In this document: piece by piece, positions 9,874-18,526 of the stretch | How positions within the stretch are numbered: the stretch's first letter is position 1 | Layout: every line of letters begins with the position of its first letter | From: a virus | Taxonomy: Duplodnaviria > Caudoviricetes | Length of the DNA stretch: 64,000 bases | Direction: 5' to 3' (one strand) | Virus record (IMG/VR): IMGVR_UViG_651703017_000001 | Coordinates: 63,066-127,065 of that record | The notes under the pieces: generated by a model | The model's input: only the letters and a program-made list of their open reading frames with translations | Database searches by the model: none | What the model was told of the DNA's origin: nothing | Program-made: the position numbers and the translations under genes

Positions 9874-11391
9874 TTGATAATGACAGAACAAGGCACGCAA
9901 GATGTGCTCGGAGTACAGCGCAGAATATTAGCACGAGAGGTTTTTAACCCAGAGTTTGCAAAAAAAGCTATTAACGTATCTTCCGATTTATTTGAAGGGC
10001 AACCATCACACCAACATCTTCATAGTGCGATAAGAGAGTACTACGCACAAGATACAAAATCTCCAAGTAAATCGGTGTTAAGTGTATTCGTGGACCAAAA
10101 GCTTGATAGGTTAAATGCAAGTCCAGAGATGCGTGCGCAAGTGCACTTAGCATTGGGGGAAGCATACGAACTTCCAAGCGCAACAGAAAAGGCTTTTGAT
10201 AGTGGCATTGAGGATTACATGCTCACTACTCGAATGACAGATGAGCTTAAGAAAACTATCGCTAGAGGCATTACTCCCGACGCAGTGCGTGACCTTATTG
10301 AGGCTACTGGGCGATTGGCACAGGAAACTAGTGTGTCCTCAGTCGTAGGACCGGTTAACTTTATGGATAAGAGCCAACGACAAGCACAGGCAGACAAGCT
10401 TCGAGCACTAAACACAAACATAATGAGCACTGGTTCGCCTGTATGGGATAGAATGACCGGGGGCGGGTTAGCAAAAGGAGAGCTTGGCGCTATCGGTGCC
10501 AGTTCAGGTCACGGTAAAACGATGCACATGGTTTCCTTGGCGGTTGCCTACATATTATCAGGACGAAACATTGCATATATCGCTTTGGAGGAGCTGGACT
10601 CTCGTATGTTCTTACGATTCTTCCGAGTGGTTATTGGTAAATTAGCAGACGCAGGTCACATTGACAAATCAGCAGTAGAGCACATCGTATCTATTGACGC
10701 TTTACCTGATGTGGTTGACTCAGGGTCATTCGATAAGATACTCGATACTTACACGAATAAAGGGCATAAAACAGGGTCATTATATTTCTCTCGTTACGCA
10801 CCACATGAGCTAACAGTAGACGCACTTGGCGCTTTAATGAGAGGGCTAACGGTGACAGATGGTGTGGAGTTGGATGTTATGTTCGTGGATTACCCCGACT
10901 TGCTTTCTTACGGAGAGAATAAGGAGTCCGCAGAACGAGGACGATTGCTATATGAACACTTGCGAGCAATTGCACAAGCTAACAACGTTGTTGGTTGGGT
11001 AGCAACCCAATTAAACCGTACATCACACATGACCTCTTTAAAGACCGAAGCTCATGTAGAGGGTTCTTACAGTAAGCAAAACTCCCTTGAGTTCTTAGGG
11101 ATAGTTAACTCAAGCCCAGAAGAGTACTCACATGGTTTTTCTCGTATGTATATAGCCAAAGCACGTAACACAAAAAACAAAGGTTCAGTCCATGTGCTTA
11201 AGGTGGATAGTACGACCTCTGCTGTAGTTGAACCTACACCTCACGACCTACTTAAACATGGTACCTTGTCCTTAGAGCTAGCTCCCGATGATACCGCAGG
11301 AGCAACTAAACGTAAACCTCGAACAGAGGACAACAAAGCATCACTTGATTACATCCAAACCACATTCAACCAACAAGAGGAGGCTAAGTAA
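9874..11391 (+). CDS. dnaB: DnaB-like replicative helicase
   Basis: GGLAKGEL, Walker A ASSGHGKT, YIALEE, FVDYPD, ATQLNR; upstream promoter TTGACA(9814)-18-TATACT; start may be ATG 9880. Confidence 0.88.
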   Translation: MIMTEQGTQDVLGVQRRILAREVFNPEFAKKAINVSSDLFEGQPSHQHLHSAIREYYAQDTKSPSKSVLSVFVDQKLDRLNASPEMRAQVHLALGEAYELPSATEKAFDSGIEDYMLTTRMTDELKKTIARGITPDAVRDLIEATGRLAQETSVSSVVGPVNFMDKSQRQAQADKLRALNTNIMSTGSPVWDRMTGGGLAKGELGAIGASSGHGKTMHMVSLAVAYILSGRNIAYIALEELDSRMFLRFFRVVIGKLADAGHIDKSAVEHIVSIDALPDVVDSGSFDKILDTYTNKGHKTGSLYFSRYAPHELTVDALGALMRGLTVTDGVELDVMFVDYPDLLSYGENKESAERGRLLYEHLRAIAQANNVVGWVATQLNRTSHMTSLKTEAHVEGSYSKQNSLEFLGIVNSSPEEYSHGFSRMYIAKARNTKNKGSVHVLKVDSTTSAVVEPTPHDLLKHGTLSLELAPDDTAGATKRKPRTEDNKASLDYIQTTFNQQEEAK

Positions 11392-12419
11392 TGAAATTCG
11401 TTGTATTTTCAGACTTTCACGCACATAGGTTTACAGAGTTCGCTCAACCCACAGAGACAGGCATTAACACCCGGGTCCAAGCAATGCTTACTACTCTTGA
11501 AAAGGTTTACCAGATTGCAGAGGAAAAAGGTGCCGACGTCCTATTTGCAGGTGACCTTTTCCATAAACGAGGTGCAGTTGACACATCTATTTTTAACTTG
11601 GTATTTAATATTATTGCTAAGCAGACAGTGCAGACTGTGCTACTTAGAGGTAACCACGATAGTGTTAATAATAGTCTATATTCTGACAGTTCACTTGTGC
11701 CCTTCTCAGCACTACCTAATGTAACGGTTGTAGAGAAACCTTCTGTAGTGAGTGTGTACGATGCTAAGATTGTATGTGTGCCTTACGGAGACGAAATTGC
11801 AGAGATGAAAACGTTTATTAAAGAGAACGACGGAGATATCTTACTAGCGCATATTGGAGTAGACGGTTCCACTACTGGACGATATTCACACACACTAGAA
11901 GGGGCGTTCTCAGTAAACGACTTACGACCTAAAGACTTTAAGTACGTGGCGCTCGGTCACTACCATAAACGACAATTTCTAGGACCAACTCGAAACGTAT
12001 TTTATGTAGGTAATACAGTCCAAACATCCTTCTCAGACGAAGGTCAAGACAAAGGTGTTATGTTCATTGATACAGATATTGGAGGCGAACCTGAGTTTAT
12101 CCCAATCGCTAACCCAGCTTTCATGACGCTAACAGAAGACAACCTACCAGAAAATATAGAAGAGGTACTTGCCAACAACTTTGTACGATTACAAGCATCA
12201 GCGGAGACAGTAGCACAACTGACTACTTCAAGTTCCGATAGTGAGGACTTTAATCTACGTGTGGAGATACAAAAAGACTTTACATCCACCGCACGATTAG
12301 ATATTGACGTTAATACTGAACCCAAAGATATTACAAAGGAGTGGGCACAGGAGTACCAACCAGAAAACACAAAAGACCTGCTGGGTTATGTGTCCAAAGC
12401 AGAGCAAGCACTAGCTTAG
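11391..12419 (+). CDS. sbcD: SbcD/Mre11-like nuclease
   Basis: SDFH, GDLFH, GNHD, LAH, LGHYH metallophosphoesterase motifs. Confidence 0.9.
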   Translation: MKFVVFSDFHAHRFTEFAQPTETGINTRVQAMLTTLEKVYQIAEEKGADVLFAGDLFHKRGAVDTSIFNLVFNIIAKQTVQTVLLRGNHDSVNNSLYSDSSLVPFSALPNVTVVEKPSVVSVYDAKIVCVPYGDEIAEMKTFIKENDGDILLAHIGVDGSTTGRYSHTLEGAFSVNDLRPKDFKYVALGHYHKRQFLGPTRNVFYVGNTVQTSFSDEGQDKGVMFIDTDIGGEPEFIPIANPAFMTLTEDNLPENIEEVLANNFVRLQASAETVAQLTTSSSDSEDFNLRVEIQKDFTSTARLDIDVNTEPKDITKEWAQEYQPENTKDLLGYVSKAEQALA

Positions 12420-12431
12420 TAAAACAAGCCC

Positions 12432-12460
12432 TTGACATTCTCAAGGGTTTTTGTTATACT
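12432..12460 (+). promoter_or_regulatory. SigmaA-type promoter overlapping a terminator-like hairpin
   Basis: TTGACA-17-TATACT; CCCTTGA..TCAAGGG stem followed by Ts. Confidence 0.75.
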
Positions 12461-12489
12461 TAAGTTAACAATAAAAGGAGGGGTTATTT

Positions 12490-14445
12490 TTGAAGCTACA
12501 AACAATCACAGTTAAAAACTTTCTGTCAATTGGAGAGGCGACACTTAAGTTAGCTGACCGAGGGTTAATTTTAATTGATGGGAAGAATACAACAAACACA
12601 GAGTTCCAATCAAACGGTTCTGCTAAAAGCTCTATGCTTGAGGCAGTTACTTACGCACTATACGGTAAAACGACTACAGGTATGACAGCAGACGACGTCA
12701 TCAACCGAAAAGTAGGGAAGAAGACCGAAGTAGTGTTAACTTTTACGTCTAACGATAAGGAGTACACAATCACACGAGGGCGTAAAAAGAATAAAGTACA
12801 CCTACACCAAGGGGAAAACGACTTAACAGGCGCAACAACAAAGGTAACAGATGCGACGATTGAGGAAATCGTAGGTATCCCTTATAACATCTACGTTAAT
12901 GCTCTATTTTTTGGGCAAGGGAACGTAAAACCTATTTCCACACTTACAGATAAAGAACTAAAAGAACTATTAGAGAGCCTTGTAGATTTAGAGGTGTACA
13001 CACGAGCTCATGAAATTATAAAAGAGGATATCTCAGAAGCTACTCAGATGGTTACAAGCACAGAGGCACGCCTATCTGGTGTCAAACAGGCGTTAGTGTA
13101 TGCACAAGAACAACAGCAGGCACAGAAACAACAACAAGAAGCTAAACGTGAACAAAAGAAAAGCCTAGAGCTAGCAATAGTAGACGCACAGGCACTAAAA
13201 GACTCAGCACTAAATGTAGTTACTGAAAGCCAATCTGCAACAGCCGAAATCACACAACAAGCCACTGGGGCTATCGAGGAAATCAACCAGAAGCTAAATA
13301 CGACGTCTAGTGCGTCTGTAGCGGACGAGTACCAGTCACGTGAGCAAACATACCAAAACAACCTTAGGATGGCTACACAAGCTCACACGGAAGCCGTACG
13401 CCTAATAGAGAGCCTAACAACCACATTGTTAGCATATCAAGCAGAGTACAACGCCTGTGACACTTCTGACGTGTGTGTAACATGTGGGAGTGTGTGGGAT
13501 GCAGAACACAAGGAAGAAGAGAAAGCACGTATCACAGCCTTACTTACAGAAACAGCCACAGGGCTTATTGCTAGTAAAAATGAGCTACCTGTTTTACAAC
13601 AGGCACAAGTAACTGCTAATGAGCACCACCAAGAGGCATTGCGACAGTTACAAGAGGAGCGACAAAAAGCGAGCGAAGTCAATAGCCAATACCAAGCATT
13701 AGTGAACGAGAGAGCACAGCTACAGCACAACATTCAACAAGCGGAGTTTAGCACGCAAACAGCTAAGCAACAGTTAGAGACCGCAGAACGTAATGTAGCG
13801 ACTTTAACTGCTAGGTTGCAAGAAGAGGACGTAGAGGCTCCTGCTATTGACTTGAGCGGTTTAACATCCGAGATAGCTGAGCTAGAAAAGACAATAACAG
13901 ACACTATCGCTAAGAAACAACGATTGACAGAAATGGCGGTTGCCTTTTCTAATGCAGGCATTAAATCACATGTTTTAGAACTCATTACTCCATTTTTAAA
14001 TGAGCAGGTTAATAAGTACCTCGCTAAACTGACAGGGTCATCTATCGAAGTGGTATTTGCAACACAAACAGAGAGCGCTAAAGGTAATGTATCTGAAAAG
14101 TTCAGTATGACCGTTAACAACTTGCAAGGTGGGTTAAAATACAACTCAAACTCCGCAGGAGAACGACGACGAGTAGACTTAGCAGTTTCTTTAGCTTTAC
14201 AAGATTTAGTAATGAAACGCTCTGACTTACAGGTTAACGCATTATTTTACGATGAAGTGTTTGACGGACTGGACTCAGTAGGGTGCGAGAATGTTGTGGA
14301 GTTATTACAAGAACGTTTGGGAGATGTTACATCTATCTTTGTAATAACACACAACGAAAACTTAAAACCATTGTTCAACAACACAATTACTATGATTAAA
14401 GAGGACGGTATTAGCCGACTAGAGGAGAGTAGAAATGAGAATTAG
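12490..14445 (+). CDS. sbcC: SbcC/Rad50-like ATPase
   Basis: KNFLS, SNGSAKSS, long coiled coil with CVTC zinc hook, SAGE signature, YDEVFDGLD, ITH. Confidence 0.9.
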   Translation: MKLQTITVKNFLSIGEATLKLADRGLILIDGKNTTNTEFQSNGSAKSSMLEAVTYALYGKTTTGMTADDVINRKVGKKTEVVLTFTSNDKEYTITRGRKKNKVHLHQGENDLTGATTKVTDATIEEIVGIPYNIYVNALFFGQGNVKPISTLTDKELKELLESLVDLEVYTRAHEIIKEDISEATQMVTSTEARLSGVKQALVYAQEQQQAQKQQQEAKREQKKSLELAIVDAQALKDSALNVVTESQSATAEITQQATGAIEEINQKLNTTSSASVADEYQSREQTYQNNLRMATQAHTEAVRLIESLTTTLLAYQAEYNACDTSDVCVTCGSVWDAEHKEEEKARITALLTETATGLIASKNELPVLQQAQVTANEHHQEALRQLQEERQKASEVNSQYQALVNERAQLQHNIQQAEFSTQTAKQQLETAERNVATLTARLQEEDVEAPAIDLSGLTSEIAELEKTITDTIAKKQRLTEMAVAFSNAGIKSHVLELITPFLNEQVNKYLAKLTGSSIEVVFATQTESAKGNVSEKFSMTVNNLQGGLKYNSNSAGERRRVDLAVSLALQDLVMKRSDLQVNALFYDEVFDGLDSVGCENVVELLQERLGDVTSIFVITHNENLKPLFNNTITMIKEDGISRLEESRNEN

Positions 14446-14965
14446 TGACGTATACGCAGGTGAGGTTGCCTTAGAGGTAGTGAGCACCTTTCCTTGTGCA
14501 CCCAATCAGATAAAAACAGAAATTATGTACATCCCTTCGTTGGACCCTATGCAGTGGTTTCCTGTTATTCCCGCATACCAATATGTGTTTGACCACAAAA
14601 CAAAAAACTTCAAGTTAATAAAGGAAGCAGGGTGGGACATTTACCCTCGAGCAGAGCTACCAACTGATGTATCATCGGTTGAGTACGGAGGACGCTCTAA
14701 GGCGATTAACGCATATAATGAGGCGTTGTTCGCTAAGCTATGCGCTACATTCCCCGCAATTAAGCACCCAGACTCGCTAGAAACTATAAGCGATGTTGAC
14801 ATAGCTATAGCTGAGCTGGTACAATTGATTACAGATGCGTTATCATTAAGTGAAATTACTCACTCCGATGATATCCCAACAGAACCGGAGATACACATGT
14901 ACGAATTAGGAGAGGCTTACTCAATGTACAGTATGAAACGTAAGCTTTTTAGGGAGTATAACTAA
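14435..14965 (+). CDS. Hypothetical protein (position of the gp67-type anti-sigma factor of Twort-like phages)
   Basis: 176 aa with RBS GAGGAG; between sbcC and primase; function inferred from synteny only. Confidence 0.5.
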   Translation: MRISDVYAGEVALEVVSTFPCAPNQIKTEIMYIPSLDPMQWFPVIPAYQYVFDHKTKNFKLIKEAGWDIYPRAELPTDVSSVEYGGRSKAINAYNEALFAKLCATFPAIKHPDSLETISDVDIAIAELVQLITDALSLSEITHSDDIPTEPEIHMYELGEAYSMYSMKRKLFREYN

Positions 14966-14980
14966 CGACAGGAGGTACTT

Positions 14981-16036
14981 ATGTTCTTAGACTTAGTACG
15001 AGAAGTAGCAGGCATAGAGACACAAGAAGGAACAGAGGCACGTTTTGCCTGTCCTTTTTGTGCTGACGATAAAAGAAGACTGTACCTAGACACTGAGTCA
15101 AACGTATGGCATTGTTTCCATTGCGATAAAGCAGGAAACTCCGTGTCATTTACAAAAGAGGTATTTGAGGTTAGCTACCGAGACGCCTTAGAGATACTAA
15201 AAACATTTGACTGTGAGCCCGGACGAGAGCACGTAGCTTACTTTTCTAAATACGGAGACTCGCTTACAGATGCAGAAAAGTTATTTTTGGCAATGCACGA
15301 GAACGACGAGGAGGAAGAGACGGTGGAGGTTGTAAAGACATGCCCCGCTTTCCCCGTAGGGTATAAACCTATCATCCCAAACTTTAACGAACCTGAGGCA
15401 CGACCATTTATAGAGTACCTAGCAAACCGTAACGTATCTTACGAAGATGTAGAGAGGCACATGATGTGTTACGTGGTAGAAGGCACAGTACAGCGGGTAG
15501 GTAAGACACCGCTTAACCTAAGGAACCATATCGTTTTCCCCACATTTAATGACGACGGCTCAGCTCGTTACTGGAACACTCGAAGCATTGAACCTGACGC
15601 ATATGTTAAAGCATACAACGCACCATCTGAACCACACGAGTATGGTAAGAGGGATTCTATCTTCAACATCAATCAAGCACAGTACACGGACAAGTTAATT
15701 ATCTGTGAAGGTGTTTTTGACGCTTTAACCTGCGGACCATCAGGGATAGCTACATTTGGTAAGCAGGTAACAGATGAGCAGGTGCTACTGATTGAACAGG
15801 CAATTGCTAAAAACCCCACCTTAAAGGTTTACATATTTTTAGATAGGGATGCAGTAGAACAAGGAGATAAGCTTGCTAAACAGCTACTCAACACTACGCA
15901 GAACGTTTACTTAGTTAACAACACTATGGGCGGGGATGCCAATGATTTAGGTAGCGAGTCGGTGACACAATTAATAGAACACGCTGAGGTTTATACACCA
16001 GCAAGTTCTTTGAAATATATGTTAGGTTTTAGTTGA
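14981..16036 (+). CDS. DNA primase
   Basis: CPFC..WHCFHC zinc finger; TOPRIM ICEGVFDAL, FLDRD, GDAND. Confidence 0.92.
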   Translation: MFLDLVREVAGIETQEGTEARFACPFCADDKRRLYLDTESNVWHCFHCDKAGNSVSFTKEVFEVSYRDALEILKTFDCEPGREHVAYFSKYGDSLTDAEKLFLAMHENDEEEETVEVVKTCPAFPVGYKPIIPNFNEPEARPFIEYLANRNVSYEDVERHMMCYVVEGTVQRVGKTPLNLRNHIVFPTFNDDGSARYWNTRSIEPDAYVKAYNAPSEPHEYGKRDSIFNINQAQYTDKLIICEGVFDALTCGPSGIATFGKQVTDEQVLLIEQAIAKNPTLKVYIFLDRDAVEQGDKLAKQLLNTTQNVYLVNNTMGGDANDLGSESVTQLIEHAEVYTPASSLKYMLGFS

Positions 16037-16098
16037 CAAAAGTAAAAACGTGTGTTATTCTTAAGAAGTAAAGTAGATAAAAGGAGGAGATTAGTAAG

Positions 16099-16599
16099 AT
16101 GAGTAAGTCATATGTAACGACAAGCGGGGTATTAATTTACCCGGGTGTTATTCCTAACACAAGCTTAAGGTTAGTTGAAGTAGGAGATACGAAAACAAGC
16201 ACAAGTACGCCAGAGTATACATCGGAGTTTCTAGCACTACCTATTGTACCTGTTAGTTTAGATTTAAAGGAGAGTGTAGTGACATTAAGAAACGTCGCTC
16301 AGATGGGACCACAGTTTACTACCCATGTATTAGCTACAGACGCACAAGGTGACGTTAACTTTATGCCCGTGTCTGATATCCCGCTAGCTGTCAAGGAGCA
16401 GTGGTTACAGCACTTCTCTAATGCGTCAGCCACATTGGGTATTGATATACCGACTGAGCCCTTAGAGCAAGAAGGAAAAACATTTAAACCATACATTGAT
16501 TTACTACCTAACGGAACAGTATACATTCCAAAGGGAGAGGCTATTTTGATTTCCCATCAAGAGGAGGACAAGGACAATGACACAGCGAGCAACCGCTAA
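16099..16599 (+). CDS. Hypothetical protein (possible degenerate dUTPase-like)
   Basis: Own promoter TTGACA(16033)-17-TATTCT and RBS AAGGAGG; C-terminal GTVYIPKGE. Confidence 0.55.
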   Translation: MSKSYVTTSGVLIYPGVIPNTSLRLVEVGDTKTSTSTPEYTSEFLALPIVPVSLDLKESVVTLRNVAQMGPQFTTHVLATDAQGDVNFMPVSDIPLAVKEQWLQHFSNASATLGIDIPTEPLEQEGKTFKPYIDLLPNGTVYIPKGEAILISHQEEDKDNDTASNR

Positions 16600-16912
16600 A
16601 GAGGTGGACTTAGCTATCGCTCTCTTAGTAGAAGACGTAGCTGACGAAACAATACCTGACTTGTTATCTAGCTTAAAAGGTAAACACGTAGAGCTACTGG
16701 ACATTTTAGACATACTAATGCCTTTACGGGCGTATAACACTCAGTACTCAACGGATGTACACTTAATGTTATCTTACCAATTAGGTACACTCTTTTCTAC
16801 CTTAGTAGATAAAAAGGTACTCAGTATACAGGACGTAGAGGAAATGGCAGAAAAAGCACAAGCAATGGCACAAACAACTAATACAGAGGAGGAAGAAAAC
16901 AATGACAAATAA
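16577..16912 (+). CDS. Hypothetical protein
   Basis: 111 aa, RBS, overlaps neighbours in operon. Confidence 0.65.
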   Translation: MTQRATAKEVDLAIALLVEDVADETIPDLLSSLKGKHVELLDILDILMPLRAYNTQYSTDVHLMLSYQLGTLFSTLVDKKVLSIQDVEEMAEKAQAMAQTTNTEEEENNDK

Positions 16913-17351
16913 CAATGAAGAAACAAACGAGGTATTTTTATCAACAAACACACCAGAGGAGAACAGTATCCTGTTAAGCTTGTTAAGTGGGGTAGGGGCA
17001 GAAGGTAAGAGTGATGAAGAGAAAGCGCAGTTAGACACATTACTGCACGCACCTGCAACTAACCATGACGTTCTAGCGTTATCGGAACGAGTAGCTACTA
17101 TGCACCTTGGCACTGTAGGACAAGTACTTACTGAGACGCTATCTCGAATGGAGATTATGAGCCGAGTGCTTGTTAAATTAGGTGCAACATCAGAAGTAAT
17201 CAACGAGGTTACTAAAGAGATGCAAGAAGAAGCAGAAGCACATCAGAAAGCGCAAGAGGAAGAGACAAAACCTAAACCCAAAAAAGGAAAAGGTAAGCCT
17301 AATTTGAAAGTTGTTTCTAATGAGACAGACGTAGACTTAAAGTTAAGATAG
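16902..17351 (+). CDS. Hypothetical protein
   Basis: 149 aa, RBS GAGGAGG. Confidence 0.65.
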   Translation: MTNNNEETNEVFLSTNTPEENSILLSLLSGVGAEGKSDEEKAQLDTLLHAPATNHDVLALSERVATMHLGTVGQVLTETLSRMEIMSRVLVKLGATSEVINEVTKEMQEEAEAHQKAQEEETKPKPKKGKGKPNLKVVSNETDVDLKLR

Positions 17352-17408
17352 AACATATAAGGGAGCTCTAACGAGTTCCTTTTAATGTATAATAAGGAGC
17401 GATACTTA

Positions 17409-17978
17409 ATGGCACATAGTAAGTCAAGGACAAAAGGGTCAAATTATGAGTTAAAGTTAGCAAAGGCATTATCAGCGTGGTGGGGGTACTCATTTCACAG
17501 GACACCAAACTCCGGCGCATGGTCATCTACACATGAGGGTACAGACTCGCAGGCAGGGGATATCACTACGCCACCAGAGGCAATGTTCCCTTTTGTAGTG
17601 GAAGCTAAGAACCACGAGGGCTGGACAATGGAATCATACTTTCTTACCCACGCAGACCCCATCAGTTGGTGGTCACAGGTAGTTGCGGATGCAGAACGAG
17701 TTAAGAAGGTACCTATGTTAATATCCCACAGGAACAGGTCAAAAAGCTTTGTATCTTTACCTTACTCCAAAGAAGTAGAGGAGATAGCAAGCGATGCTAA
17801 GATTCCATGGGGAGTGACAGAGTTAGCATACAAGCACAAGGTAACAGACGACGACCAGTTGTTTAGAATCATAACATTAGAACTAGACACGATGATAGCA
17901 ACATTTGACCCTGAGCACTTTAAAGGTAGCCATAAAACTATTTTTGAAGATTGGTACAAACATCTTGACTCTCTTTAA
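17409..17978 (+). CDS. Holliday junction resolvase (PD-(D/E)xK)
   Basis: SRTKGSNYEL, RTPNSGA, GDI, VEAK; start moved to ATG 17409 after RBS AAGGAG. Confidence 0.85.
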   Translation: MAHSKSRTKGSNYELKLAKALSAWWGYSFHRTPNSGAWSSTHEGTDSQAGDITTPPEAMFPFVVEAKNHEGWTMESYFLTHADPISWWSQVVADAERVKKVPMLISHRNRSKSFVSLPYSKEVEEIASDAKIPWGVTELAYKHKVTDDDQLFRIITLELDTMIATFDPEHFKGSHKTIFEDWYKHLDSL

Positions 17979-18013
17979 TAAAAGAGGTATGATGTACTTG
18001 AGGAGGGGAAAAG

Positions 18014-18526
18014 ATGTTAGATATTGTTTATTATAGCAAAGGTGGTAACATTAAGAACTTTTTAACAGAAAAACTTAGCTGGGGTAAAGATAAAGTACAT
18101 GAGGTTACGGAGGAGCAGGTCACATTTCCGGTGCCTGCTGACCCTTTTGTGCTTGTTGTCCCCTCGTACGAACCTGAGTGGTTAGAGGTGGTGTACGAGT
18201 TCATGGAGGAGCAGGGAGACAAATGTATAGGTGTTGCTTGCTCAGGTAATCGAGCGTTTGCATCACTATACCTATACTCTGGCATTGAGATTGCGGAGGA
18301 GTACGGTGTCCCTCTTATCTATGGCTTTGAGCTACGAGGTATGCCCGCAGATGCCTACGACTTTGAGGCGATACTAGAAAACGTTGAGTTAGGCTTACCT
18401 GTCTTTACCGGTCAGCCATACATCGAGAAAGAGTTATCACACGCACAAGATAGTTACAAAAATCATAAATTGAGGAGTGGTTTTACTTGGAACAACCCGT
18501 TAAACAAAAACAAACAGAACAACTAG
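18014..18526 (+). CDS. nrdI: Class Ib RNR flavodoxin NrdI
   Basis: IVYYSKGGN, VPSY, SGNRAF, FELRG motifs; upstream of nrdE. Confidence 0.9.
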   Translation: MLDIVYYSKGGNIKNFLTEKLSWGKDKVHEVTEEQVTFPVPADPFVLVVPSYEPEWLEVVYEFMEEQGDKCIGVACSGNRAFASLYLYSGIEIAEEYGVPLIYGFELRGMPADAYDFEAILENVELGLPVFTGQPYIEKELSHAQDSYKNHKLRSGFTWNNPLNKNKQNN

